Shown here: positions 28,771-38,671 of the stretch, piece by piece
How positions within the stretch are numbered: position 1 is the stretch's first letter
Layout of the letters: every line of letters begins with the position of its first letter
Source of the DNA: Planctomycetota bacterium
GTDB taxonomy: Bacteria > Planctomycetota > UBA1135 > GCA-002686595
DNA: 64,000 nt
NCBI GenBank assembly: GCA_016712565.1
Contig: JADJQU010000033.1
Span: forward strand, 5,288 to 69,287
Reading direction: 5' to 3'
Translations under genes and position numbers: made by a program
The notes under the pieces: generated by a model
What the model was told of the DNA's origin: nothing
Database searches by the model: none
The model's input: only the letters and a program-made list of their open reading frames with translations

Positions 28771-29727
28771 CTAGCGCCGCATCCGGTCGGTCGCGCTGAC
28801 GAGCTCGTGCAGGTTGCCCGGTTCGAGCGCCGCGTGGCCGGCGTCGGGCACGATGCGCAGCTCGGCCTCGGGCCAGGCGCGGTGCAGGGCCCAGGCGCTT
28901 TCCGCCGGGCAGACCACGTCGTAGCGGCCCTGGACGATCACGCCGGGGATGTGACGGATCTTCTTCACATCGCGCAGCAGCTGGTCATCGTGCTTGAAGA
29001 AGCCTCGGTGGACGAAGTAGTGGCACTCGATGCGCGCGAAGGCGATGGCGAAATCGTCGGCGCCGGTGCGCGCGACCATGTCCGCGTCGTGATAGAGCGT
29101 GCTGGTCGAGCCCTCCCAGATGCTCCAGGCCTTCGCCGCCGCGAGCCGCACCGCTTGGCTCTTGCTGGTGAGCCGCTTGTAGTACGCGCGCACCATGTCC
29201 TTGCGCTCGGCCTTGGGGATCGGCGCCAGGTAGTGCTCCCACGCATCGGGGAAGAGGTGGTTCGCGCCGTCCTGGTAGAACCAGTCGATCTCGCGCTTGC
29301 GCAGCAGGAAGATGCCGCGCAACACGAGTCCGGTGACACGCTTGGGGTGCTTCTCCGCGTACGCAAGCGCGAGCGTCGAGCCCCAGGATCCGCCGAACAC
29401 CTGCCAGCGCTCGATGCCGAGCTTCGCGCGGATGGCCTCCATGTCGGCGACCAGGTGCCAGGTCGTGTTGTTCGTCAGGTCCGCGTGGGGCGTGCTCTTG
29501 CCGCAGCCGCGCTGGTCGAACAGCACGATGCGGTAGTGCTTCGGGTCGAAGAAGCGCCGGTACTTGGGATTCACGCCCCCGCCGGGCCCGCCGTGGACGA
29601 ACACCACGGGCTCGCCCCTGGGATTGCCGCACTGCTCGTAATAGAGGACGTGCGGGTGATCGACGGCCAGCGTGCCCTTGTCGTAGGGTTCGATGGCGGG
29701 GTAGAGCGTGCGCAGCTTCTTGGTCAT
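28771..29727 (-). CDS. pip: prolyl aminopeptidase (proline iminopeptidase)
   Basis: VVFVHGGPGGG, DQRGCGKS and the nucleophile elbow GGSWGSTLAL. Full-length alpha/beta hydrolase. Confidence 0.9.
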   Translation of the reverse strand: MTKKLRTLYPAIEPYDKGTLAVDHPHVLYYEQCGNPRGEPVVFVHGGPGGGVNPKYRRFFDPKHYRIVLFDQRGCGKSTPHADLTNNTTWHLVADMEAIRAKLGIERWQVFGGSWGSTLALAYAEKHPKRVTGLVLRGIFLLRKREIDWFYQDGANHLFPDAWEHYLAPIPKAERKDMVRAYYKRLTSKSQAVRLAAAKAWSIWEGSTSTLYHDADMVARTGADDFAIAFARIECHYFVHRGFFKHDDQLLRDVKKIRHIPGVIVQGRYDVVCPAESAWALHRAWPEAELRIVPDAGHAALEPGNLHELVSATDRMRR

Positions 29728-29952
29728 GGTGGGCCTTCCGCGGTGGGGGGGAGTCGGCCAGCGTAGGATGCCTGTGCGGGGGGCGCGCCTCAAGCCGCGT
29801 GTGGTGCCCGTTCCGGCCGACGCGAAGATCTGTCCGAGCCGAGGTGCTGCCCGGCAGCAGGGCCCCCGAGACGGGATGACCGAGCGCGGACTTGCCGCGG
29901 CGACGTCGAGTCGACCCAATGGGAGGCCGGGGGGGCCAGGAGGAGGACTTGC

Positions 29953-30351
29953 ATGAACGACTTCGAACAACGCGTGCGCGACCTGATGGCTGCGAGGAAC
30001 AAGGTCGAGGCGATTCGCCTCGTGCGCGAGGCCACCGGGCTCGGGCTCGCGGAGGCCAAGGCCGCGCTGGAGCAGTGGGAGAGCGGCGGGCCGCTGCCCA
30101 GGCCGAAGTCGGGCACGGCGGCGCCCGGCGGGGTCGCGATCTCGGATCTGCCGCCCGAGGTCACGGCGCTGGCGCGCCAGGGCAAGACCATCGAGGCCAT
30201 CAAGCTGCTGCGCGAACAGCGCTCCCTGGGGCTCAAGGAAGCGAAGGATCTGGTGGACCAGGTCCCCCTCGACCCCGGCGCGAAGCGCTCGGGGTGCGCG
30301 GCGCTCGTGCTGGCGGCCGTGGGCCTCGGCGGCGCGCTGCTCTATTCCTGA
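29953..30351 (+). CDS. membrane-anchored protein with two ribosomal L7/L12 C-terminal-like motifs
   Basis: KVEAIRLVREATGLGLAEAKAALE and TIEAIKLLREQRSLGLKEAKDLVD resemble the L7/L12 CTD. C-terminal TM is CAALVLAAVGLGGALL. Confidence 0.65.
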   Translation: MNDFEQRVRDLMAARNKVEAIRLVREATGLGLAEAKAALEQWESGGPLPRPKSGTAAPGGVAISDLPPEVTALARQGKTIEAIKLLREQRSLGLKEAKDLVDQVPLDPGAKRSGCAALVLAAVGLGGALLYS

Positions 30352-30384
30352 GCGACGCGCCGGCCGAGGCGGCCGTCGACAGGC

Positions 30385-32721
30385 TCAGGGTCCGACGCGC
30401 ATGGCCGCCAGGCGCTGCGCGCGCTCGGCGGCGAACTTCTTGATGCCCGCTTCCAGACTCGCGGGGTCGATGTGGGCCTCCTGCTTGAGCTCCTCGACGT
30501 TGCCGCCCGTGCGCCAGCGGTCGTCCCAGTCGCTCGACATCGCGTAGCGCTCCGAGACCTTGGAAGCGATCCAATCGTGCATCAGGCGGCGAGCGCCGTT
30601 GGTGATCACCGTCGAATCGGCCCAGTCCTCGGCGGAGACCACGCCGTCCTGGTAGGCCCGCGGCTGCATCCGGAACAGCTCCCAGGAACCGGCCTGGACC
30701 AGCTTGACGTTGGGCATTCCGCCCGCCGCGAACTTGGGCAGCAACGCGTAGACCGACTCCGTGGTGCTGGTGCCCTGGACGAAAATCGTGCCCTCCTTGG
30801 GCTTTTTCGGATCGTGGGCGCGCATCACATAGGCGCCCTTCGCGGCGTCCAGGTGCGACGGGATGCCCAGGGCGGCGCGGTCGGGCACCTTCACGTTGGG
30901 ACGCGTCAAGTGCAGGGCGACGATCGGCACGTCACTCGACAGGGCGGCGGCGAGCATCGGCGCCACCTCGTTGTGCTCCCACGGGTGCAGGTTGATCACG
31001 TGGCCGTCCGGGAAGAGCTGCGTCACGCCCGGCGCGAAGATCCCGAAGTGGGTGCGGCTGTCCTCGGCGGTCTCGGGGCCTGAGTGGCCGACGACCCAGA
31101 TCACCTTGCCCACCTTCAGCGGGCAGTCCTGTGCGAGCTGCGAGAACAGGCGCATGAGCCCGTACTTCAAGTACGAGAACGACCCGTACGTCGACGTGCC
31201 GGTCCAGTAGCCCAGGAACTCGCGCTCCGGATGGGCCGACATGTTCACGGTGGCGATGCCCACCGCCAGACCCGAGTTGGTGAACTCGGTGATCTGCTGG
31301 GGGAGCAGGGCGCCGCCCGGGTTCTTCGTGCGCTCGTACCAGCCAAAGCCCTTGCTGGTCCCGAAGTCCTTGGCGAAGCCCGCGATGCCGGTGGATTCGG
31401 CGAGGTCTGCGCTGTTGGCCAAGAGCAGCGGCCGGCCCATGCGTTCCCTGGCCACGCTGTTGAGCCAGGCGCCGAAGGTCACGAAGGCGTTCTTGTTCGC
31501 CACCGACGTGCCGGGCGTGGCGAACAGGGTCTCCGGCAGCTTGTCGAGCGCGAGCCAGCTCCGGTCCTCGGCCAGATTCTTCTTCGAGTCGAGCGTGAAG
31601 GAGGGGATCGAGGTCGGCACGCTGTCGCCGATCTCCACCAGCGTGTCGGCCAGGTACTCCACGAGCTCCGGATCGGAGTCGAAAACGCTGAACACCGTCT
31701 CGAACCAGGCCTTGGTTTGTTCGCGGCAGGCGCTCTCGCCCGGATCGGTCACGTCGCCGAAACCGGCGAACTTCACGCCGTACTTCTTCTGGAAGTCCTC
31801 GCGGCTCTTCCAGAACAGATCGGAGTTGCGCTTGTGCGCGGAGCCGTGGGACGCCGCGTCGTACTTGTAGTAGCCGCGGCCCTTGCGGGTCTTGACCCAC
31901 ACGCAGCCCGGCCGACCGGCGGGGTTCCGGTCGTGGACGATGGCCAGCAGGGCCTTGGTGATCTCGGCGTAGTCCTCGCCTTGCTCCGTGCCCGCCACGC
32001 GCCAGCCGTAGGGCTCGAACCACTCGCGCGGCGAGCCGTGAACCACCTCCGAGTTGGCGAAGGTGTCGATGCCGTGGTCGTTCCAGTCCACCAGGTAGAT
32101 CAGGTTGGCGAGCCCCAGTCCCCAGGCCGAGTTCTTGACCTCGTGGTGGGCGCCGGCGGTGAGTCCGCCCTCGCCCTCGATGGCGAAGACCTTGACCTCC
32201 GAGGCCCCCGCGTGGTGCAGGGCCATGGCCTCGCCCAGGGCCGCCGGTGCGCCGTGACCCGAGGGCCCGGTGTTGAACTTGAAGAACAGGGTCTTGCCCT
32301 CCATCTCGGCATGGCCGGGCAGGCCCTTGTTGTGGCGCAGCCAGAGCAGGTCTTCCCAATGCAGGGCCCGTTCCTCGGCGTTGGGGACCAGATAGCGGGC
32401 CTCGCCGGTCTGGCGATGGCGGCGTCGCAGGGCCTCGTTGTAGACCGCCAGCATGGCGTAGATCAGGGGGTTGCAGTGGCCCGCCACGAGCACGGCGCGG
32501 TCGCCGAAGGCCCGTTCCGGCCGCCGCACGTCCCAGCGCATGCCCGCCCCCAGGGTGCTCGCCACCATCAGAGGCACCTTGGACCGCGAACCCCCGGGGT
32601 GGCCCGACTGGCGCAGATTGAGCATCAGGTCGATGCACTGGTCGATCAGGTCGCCGATCTTCTGCCACTGGTGGAAGTGGCGGGAGAGGGTCTCGTAGGA
32701 GGGGCGCGAGAGAGTCTTCAT
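30385..32721 (-). CDS. transketolase-family thiamine-diphosphate enzyme (long, 778 aa)
   Basis: GHPGGS and EGEGGLTAGAHHE (ThDP/Mg site) in the PP domain. NSADLAES and QITEFTNSG in the Pyr domain. About 100 aa are inserted between the domains. Confidence 0.8.
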   Translation of the reverse strand: MKTLSRPSYETLSRHFHQWQKIGDLIDQCIDLMLNLRQSGHPGGSRSKVPLMVASTLGAGMRWDVRRPERAFGDRAVLVAGHCNPLIYAMLAVYNEALRRRHRQTGEARYLVPNAEERALHWEDLLWLRHNKGLPGHAEMEGKTLFFKFNTGPSGHGAPAALGEAMALHHAGASEVKVFAIEGEGGLTAGAHHEVKNSAWGLGLANLIYLVDWNDHGIDTFANSEVVHGSPREWFEPYGWRVAGTEQGEDYAEITKALLAIVHDRNPAGRPGCVWVKTRKGRGYYKYDAASHGSAHKRNSDLFWKSREDFQKKYGVKFAGFGDVTDPGESACREQTKAWFETVFSVFDSDPELVEYLADTLVEIGDSVPTSIPSFTLDSKKNLAEDRSWLALDKLPETLFATPGTSVANKNAFVTFGAWLNSVARERMGRPLLLANSADLAESTGIAGFAKDFGTSKGFGWYERTKNPGGALLPQQITEFTNSGLAVGIATVNMSAHPEREFLGYWTGTSTYGSFSYLKYGLMRLFSQLAQDCPLKVGKVIWVVGHSGPETAEDSRTHFGIFAPGVTQLFPDGHVINLHPWEHNEVAPMLAAALSSDVPIVALHLTRPNVKVPDRAALGIPSHLDAAKGAYVMRAHDPKKPKEGTIFVQGTSTTESVYALLPKFAAGGMPNVKLVQAGSWELFRMQPRAYQDGVVSAEDWADSTVITNGARRLMHDWIASKVSERYAMSSDWDDRWRTGGNVEELKQEAHIDPASLEAGIKKFAAERAQRLAAMRVGP

Positions 32722-32920
32722 GGGTGTTGGGTCGCCGGCGAGCGAAGCCCACAATATAACTCGAAGGCAAGGGGGCGCGCAGGGCGGTGGGTCACCTGGC
32801 GGCGCGGGGGTCTGTCCGGCGGCGGTCCCGGTTGGGGCGGCTGTGGGCGGGACGTCCGCGGCGCGGGTCGGAGTGGACTCCGCGGGCGAGCAGGACCAGG
32901 CGACAAGGGGGAGGCGATCG

Positions 32921-34279
32921 ATGGCAAGCACACCGCATTCCGCGTCAAGCGATCAGGCCCACGAAGCGCGGGGCCGGGCGCCGGTGGGGGATTCTCGCCT
33001 CTCCGTCCAGGGACCCGCCGCCCCTCTGGTGGAGGAGCAGCGCTCGCGCCGCAAGGTGCTGGTCTGCATCGCTCTCTTGGTGGCGCTGACCGCCCTGGTG
33101 GACGCCAACTTCGAGTTCGTGGCCTTCGGCGGCTTCTATGCCATCCCGATCCTGATCAGCCTCTGGCTCAAGAGCTTCCGCGCCACTCTGGCGCTGACCG
33201 TGGGCTGCTGCCTCTTGACGATCGCCGAGGTGGTGCTGTTCGCCGTGCGCGACGGCCGGCCCGAATCGGCGCTCCCGATGCAGCAGATGGTGGGGAACCA
33301 CGCCGTCGAGTTGGCGAGCCTCGTGGTGGTGTGCCTGATCGGCTACTGGCGCCTGCGCGACGAACGCGACCTGGAGGAGAGCCGCGAGACGACGGCGACG
33401 ACGCTGTCGTCGATCGCCGAGGGCGTGATCACGCTGGATGCGGCGGGACGCATCACCTACATGAATCCCATGGCCGAGGAGCTGCTCGGCCGGGCGCGCG
33501 GCGACGGTCTGGGCGCGCCGGTGGGGGACGTGCTCATGCTCGCCGACGAGAAGCCGACCCGCGCCACGATCGAGGACCTGCCGAAGGCGGAGCGCTCACC
33601 GCGCGTCACGCGCGCGTCGCTTGCCCCCGCGGGGCGGCAACCCCTGCGGATCGAACTCGCGCGCACGGACCTGCGCAGCGCGAAGGGCGTTCGGCGCGGC
33701 GAGGTGATCGTGTTCCGCGACGTCACGGAGCGCGAACGGCGCGAGCGCGACATGCGCACGCTCGCCTATCGTGACACGCTCACCCACCTTCCCAACCGGC
33801 TGTCGCTGCACGAGCTCCTGTCCCTGGAACTGGCCCACGCCCGGCGCAATCGGGGGTTTCTGGCCGTGCTCTTCGTGGATCTCGACGGCTTCAAGCAGGT
33901 GAACGACCGGTTCGGCCATGCGGCGGGCGACGAGCTCCTGCGCGCCACGGCCGCGCGCCTGCGGGCCTCGCTGCGGGAAACGGACACGGTGGCGCGCCTG
34001 GGGGGCGACGAATTCGCGGTGGTGCTGCCCGGCGCCCAGGACGCGCGCGACGTGGAGCAGGTGGTGGGCAAGCTGTTCGCGGCCCTGGCCGAGCCCGTGC
34101 CCTTCGAGGGAAACACCCTGCGCATCCAGGCGAGCATCGGCATGGCGCTCTACCCCGAGGACGGCACCGAGGCCGACACGCTGCTGCGCCGCGCCGACCA
34201 GGCCATGTATCGCGCCAAACAGGAGGGCGGCGGGAGGCTGTGCGCCGCCACCGAGGCGGGCCAGGATTCCCTGCGCTGA
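32921..34279 (+). CDS. membrane PAS-GGDEF diguanylate cyclase
   Basis: N-terminal TM segments, PAS-like LSSIAEGVITLDAAGRITYMNPMAEELLG, and GGDEF active site RLGGDEFAV. SD-like AAGGGGGAGG lies upstream of the ATG. Confidence 0.85.
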   Translation: MASTPHSASSDQAHEARGRAPVGDSRLSVQGPAAPLVEEQRSRRKVLVCIALLVALTALVDANFEFVAFGGFYAIPILISLWLKSFRATLALTVGCCLLTIAEVVLFAVRDGRPESALPMQQMVGNHAVELASLVVVCLIGYWRLRDERDLEESRETTATTLSSIAEGVITLDAAGRITYMNPMAEELLGRARGDGLGAPVGDVLMLADEKPTRATIEDLPKAERSPRVTRASLAPAGRQPLRIELARTDLRSAKGVRRGEVIVFRDVTERERRERDMRTLAYRDTLTHLPNRLSLHELLSLELAHARRNRGFLAVLFVDLDGFKQVNDRFGHAAGDELLRATAARLRASLRETDTVARLGGDEFAVVLPGAQDARDVEQVVGKLFAALAEPVPFEGNTLRIQASIGMALYPEDGTEADTLLRRADQAMYRAKQEGGGRLCAATEAGQDSLR

Positions 34280-34394
34280 AGGCACGCCCGTGGGCCCGCT
34301 CCGGGAATGGGGCCGGCGCGCGACGCGCGGTCCAGGGCCCCGAACGGGGGATCGGCGCCCGCAGGATCCCTGACCGGCCGCGGAGCCGCGATCC

Positions 34395-35510
34395 TCAGCG
34401 CGGGCCGACGCGAAAGCCGACGCCGCCGGGGCAGGGCCAGGTCGTGAGCCGCCAACCCTCGAGCGACAGTTGCTGGGGCGTTCCCGTGGGGCCCGAGGCG
34501 CAGCGGAAAGCGCGCCAGGAGGCCAGTTGCCGGTTCTGTCCGGGTTCGACGATGGGCACTTCGCGGGCGGGGCCGACGGGTGCCGAGATCTCGCGGGGAG
34601 GCGAGGCAAGGTGCTGCTTCAAGGACACCCGATCCCCCTGGGAGAGGACGCGAGCGAAGAGCCCCGAGCGAACGAGCCCGTCGCGCCGCAGGCCCGCCAC
34701 GTCCACCAGCAGACTCTCGCTTACGCCGATGCCGCGGACTTCGCCGGAGGCGAGGTCCACCTCGAGGCAGCCGTCCTCGCCCACGCCCAGTCCCAGTCGC
34801 GTGCCGCTGGCCTCCAGGGCCGCGACCAGCCGACCGACCCGATCGCGCTCGAAGAAGTGGGAATCGGTCATCGCCCAGGGCAGGAAACCCATGCCGGGGC
34901 CCATCTGGGGCCCCAACACGGGAGCTTCGGCCGCCGGCTCGCCCGACGCCGGCTGGGGGGGGATGCCGAGGGCGCTCGCGCTCCCGCCTCCCAGGAGCAT
35001 CACGCCTCCCATCATCGCGTCGCCCGCGCTGCAGCCGGCGATCACGCCGCCGCGGGCCAGGAGGCGCGACATCGCCATCCACTCGGGGCTGTCCCGTCCC
35101 TCGGGGCGGTAGCGCGCCGTGATGCGCGCCTGGTCGCCTCCCGTGAACAGGATGGCGGTCGCCCGGTCGATCGCGGCGACGGTCTCCGCGGTGGAAGTCG
35201 CGCGCCGGATCGCCCCCACGGTCGCCCCGGGGGCCCAGACCCGCAGGGCCTCGGTCTTGTCGACGACTTCGTCCTCTTCAGTGCCCGTGGCCGCGGTCGC
35301 GATCAGGATGTTCGCCGGTCCTCCTCGTCCCGCCAGTTCCACGAAGCGCTCGTAGATGGGCCGGCTGTCGTCGTCGAGCCCGCCTCCGACGATCAAAAGC
35401 GTTCCGGCAGGCGCCCTGTCGCCGGACTTCAGGGTGGAAGCGCAGGCGCCCGGCAGAAGCAAGGCGAGGCCCAGGAGCAGGAAGTGGAGCGCGCGTCGTG
35501 AGGGCATCAT
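34395..35510 (-). CDS. peptidase S51 family (cyanophycinase-like) lipoprotein
   Basis: Lipobox LLLPGAC, LLIVGGG, ILFTGGDQ, and nucleophile context IAGCSAGDAMMG. Extra ~100-aa C-terminal region. Confidence 0.75.
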   Translation of the reverse strand: MMPSRRALHFLLLGLALLLPGACASTLKSGDRAPAGTLLIVGGGLDDDSRPIYERFVELAGRGGPANILIATAATGTEEDEVVDKTEALRVWAPGATVGAIRRATSTAETVAAIDRATAILFTGGDQARITARYRPEGRDSPEWMAMSRLLARGGVIAGCSAGDAMMGGVMLLGGGSASALGIPPQPASGEPAAEAPVLGPQMGPGMGFLPWAMTDSHFFERDRVGRLVAALEASGTRLGLGVGEDGCLEVDLASGEVRGIGVSESLLVDVAGLRRDGLVRSGLFARVLSQGDRVSLKQHLASPPREISAPVGPAREVPIVEPGQNRQLASWRAFRCASGPTGTPQQLSLEGWRLTTWPCPGGVGFRVGPR

Positions 35511-35594
35511 GGCGCGGGAGCGTACGGGATTCCGGTCCCGCATGCCTGAAGCGACTGCGCAGCCCGGGATTCCCACGGGCCGGTTGCCGGCCCG

Positions 35595-37443
35595 CTACTG
35601 CTCCCGAACCAGCGTCAGGACCAGTTCTACGGATTCTTCCGTGGAGAGGTTGACGTCTTGGTCAGGCAGCGTCTCGTAGCCGCGAGGGGTTGGGATCGCG
35701 ACGTGATAGAGGCCGGCCTTCTCGAGGGAGCAGGTGAGCACACCCGATCCCAGGAACGCCGGGATCACCTGCCGTTGGGCCTAATCTGCGCTCGAACATC
35801 GCCGTGGTGCAGTCCACAGGACGGCCGCCTTCCCGCAGGGTGATCGTGAAGCGCCGGGCACGCTTCAATGGACGCCAGGTCAGTCTCGGGTCCCGGGAGA
35901 CCGGGCAAGCCTGGGGACGGCCGGGGCCGGAGAGGGCGGCGGGCCTTGGGTCGGCAATCGAGCCATGACCCCCTGAGGTGTCGTTCCCGAGGAATTCAAA
36001 TGTGACGTAAGGTCTATGGAGCACGAGGCCCGTCGACGCATCGACCGCCGTGACCGCCAGGCGACAGCTGGGCGGGAGTGTCAGCGTGACTTCCTGCGGC
36101 TCGGTGGCCGTCACGGCGGCGTGGATGCCAAGGCGGGCTTCCTCGACGAAGAATTGATGTCGCGCCACCCGCAAGCGGATTGGCTTCGAGGCAAGGACCC
36201 CAGGCGCTCTCCGCCGGTCGCCGGCGACGCGCCGGTGGCGGGGGTTCTGGGCAGGCCCAGGTCCGTGACGTAGACGTTCAACCGCTCGAGGTCCCAGGAC
36301 TCGTCCATTCGCACCACGACGACGACCGACGCGAACCTGTCGGGTGGAGCCTCGGGGATGACAAGCGCGACCGTCGATGTCTCGCCGGCGCGGATCGTGA
36401 ACGGGGCCGAGGCCAGGACCTTTCCCGCGTCCACTGGCCCAGACTCCAGTCGCGCCTCGTACTCGCCCACGGGCAGCCCGACCACAGGGTCTGTGGCCTC
36501 GCGCACGCCACCAGCCCGGTCGACGAGGGGGCGGGCCGTCCGCCGAGCCTGCGCAGGCGCAGTGAGGGGCGGGGCCGGGGTCCCCGCTCCATTGGACGGC
36601 CAAGCACCCCCCCGGCTCGAGCTTCAAGAAGAGGTCGCCGCCCGCAGCGCGGTCGACGACGATCCCGCGCCAGGCGTGCCGCGGCGTGCGGGCGAAAAAC
36701 CGCACGCCCTGGCCTCCGTGGTCGAGGAGGTACTTGGCTCGGAGAGTGATCGGGCTCGCCAGAGAACTCGGGGTGCAGGGCAATGTGTCCCTCCGTTCGG
36801 AGGGGATCGACACGTCGGCGCTCCACAGTTCCGCCATGCTGAGCATGATCACCGAATCGAGTTCCGCACCAAAATCCGCGTCGACCACGTGCAGAACGGT
36901 GTCCGCGACCCAGCGCGCGCGCAGCTCCTTGGGCTTCCCCGGTTCCAGCAATGGAGTGCGGTCGCCTTCGAAGATCGCCGACCGACCGCCGAGCGAAACG
37001 CTCACCACTCGGCAACCGCGCGGAGGCAGCGAAGCCGCGTCCCAGCGACCTTCGACCACGGGGAGCTCCAAACGCGCAGAATCAACAAAGAGTTCGTTCT
37101 CCGACGGCGCGGGTCGCAACCGCAGTCGTCCCGACTCACTCGCATGGGGAACACCGTGTTCGTCGAGGACCACGATGGTCCCCTCGACCGCGACAGTCGA
37201 CGGGCCAACTTCGGGCAAGACGACGTCCACAACCGACCGGGACTCGCTCGAGCCAACCGATTCTGGCGCGGCCAAGGTCGCTGCACGGCCGGCGGGGGTT
37301 TCGACAGAGGGGGCGGCGGGTTCATCGGACCGGCCAGACGCCGACCCGCTCCCCTGTGACCCGCGCAAGATGAACAGGGCGAGGCACACCAGGGCCCCGG
37401 CACTCAGGATCGCGAGGCGGGGGGCGGCGCGTCGCTGGCCCAC
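35595..37443 (-). pseudogene. secreted/anchored hypothetical protein with carboxypeptidase-regulatory-like (Ig-like) segments, 3 frameshifts
   Basis: The protein-like path needs frame changes near ~36595, ~36190-36230 and 35769-35783. Segments are ...FLKLEPGGCLA | ...VREATDPVVGLPVGEYEARLESGPVDAGKVLASAPFTIRAGETSTVALVIPE... | ...IRLRVARHQFFVEEARLGIHAAVTATEPQEVTLTL...FTITLREGGRPVDCTTAMFERR | QVIPAFLGSGVLTCSLEKAGLYHVAIPTPRGYETLPDQDVNLSTEESVELVLTLVREQ. The stop is at 35595-35597. Confidence 0.65.
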
Positions 37444-37446
37444 GGC

Positions 37447-38625
37447 TCATTCCTCCCAGAAGCGCGCCAGGGCGTCGAGGCCGGTTTGGGTGTTGCCGCC
37501 GCGGCCGCGCATGCCGCGCAGGAACTCGGTCAGGGCCGGGCGCTCGTCTTCGTCCGTGAGTTCGATCTCGCCCAGGACGGGCACCACCTTGCGCCACAGG
37601 TCGCGCCAGGTGCGCCGCGACAGGCGCATTTCGCCGGCCGAGAGCAGGGCGTTGAGGCCCAGGGCGAGTCGCACCTCGTGATCCTGCTCCTTGGGCACCG
37701 CCGCGATCAGCGCGTCGACGGCCTTCTGGCTGCGCAGCTTCCACATGCCCTTGGCGGCCGCCAGCCGCACCCCTGGAGACTCGTCCTTCAGGCGCCCGAG
37801 CCAGTCCGCGATCGTCGCGTTGGAAATGCTCGCGGCCAGGCGCCGCTTGGCCTCCGGCACCGGGCCGTTGGCCTTGGCTCCCGCCTCGAAGCGCGAAAGC
37901 CACTCCCGCGGCGTGGCCCCCGGCAGTTCGCGCGCCAGGTCGAAGACCAGGGCCCAGCCGACGAAATGCACCAGCAGGTTGTCGCGGGCGGAGTAGTCCT
38001 CGGTCGCCCGGAGCGAGAGCAGATTCGAGAGCTCCGCGTCGCTGATGGGTTCGTCGCGCAGCACGCGCGCGGGCCAGCAAGCGAGGCCGTCGACGACCCA
38101 TTCGCCGTCGTAGCAGGCGCCGTCGCCCCAGTAGGAAGCGAGACCCTCCTCGAACCACAGGGGCACCCGCAGGCCCGACTCGGCGAGCCGCGCGTGCACC
38201 AGCTCGTGCACCACCGTGCCCACCTCGGTCGTGCCCAGGAACACTCCGCTGGTGGAGAACAAGGCCGGGCCGCCGGTCACGTGGTAGGCGCGCACGCGGG
38301 CCGTGCCGATGCCGGGGACATCCTCGATGCGCTCGCTGCCTTCGCTCGGCAGGCGCGGCGAGTCACCGGGGTCCCGCTCGTCGCTCCAGGCGTGGATCTT
38401 GACCTTTGACTGGAACGGGCCCAGGCGCAGCTCCACGGCTCTGAAGGCAGGTTCCAGGGCCCGTTCCAGCTTGGCGGAGTCCACGTTGTCGCCGGGCCTG
38501 CCGTAGAGCGTCCAACGCTCGTGGGTCTCCAGCCGCTGCCAGCTGGAACAACCGCTGGCGAACAGGCCGAGCCCCCAAAGCAGCGCCGACAGGGCCAGAA
38601 TCCGCGACAGCCGTGCCATGGGCAC
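37447..38625 (-). CDS. lipoprotein with MA-clan HExxH peptidase-like domain and C-terminal HEAT-like repeats
   Basis: Lipobox LFASGC. VVHELVHARL followed by WFEEGLASYW. C-terminal helical repeats (PGVRLAAAKGMWKLRSQKAVDALIAAV). Confidence 0.7.
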   Translation of the reverse strand: MPMARLSRILALSALLWGLGLFASGCSSWQRLETHERWTLYGRPGDNVDSAKLERALEPAFRAVELRLGPFQSKVKIHAWSDERDPGDSPRLPSEGSERIEDVPGIGTARVRAYHVTGGPALFSTSGVFLGTTEVGTVVHELVHARLAESGLRVPLWFEEGLASYWGDGACYDGEWVVDGLACWPARVLRDEPISDAELSNLLSLRATEDYSARDNLLVHFVGWALVFDLARELPGATPREWLSRFEAGAKANGPVPEAKRRLAASISNATIADWLGRLKDESPGVRLAAAKGMWKLRSQKAVDALIAAVPKEQDHEVRLALGLNALLSAGEMRLSRRTWRDLWRKVVPVLGEIELTDEDERPALTEFLRGMRGRGGNTQTGLDALARFWEE

Positions 38626-38671
38626 GATCCTACACCGTTCCGGCCCCGCGGCGGGGAGTGGGGCGCGACTC

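Noticed and set aside
32750-32768. AT-rich patch CACAATATAACTCGAAGG in the transketolase/diguanylate-cyclase divergent region, as a promoter -10 element
   Set aside because: It is plausible (TATAAC, or TTATAT on the other strand). However, I cannot define a -35 element, the direction or the sigma factor from sequence alone, so it is not reported as a feature.
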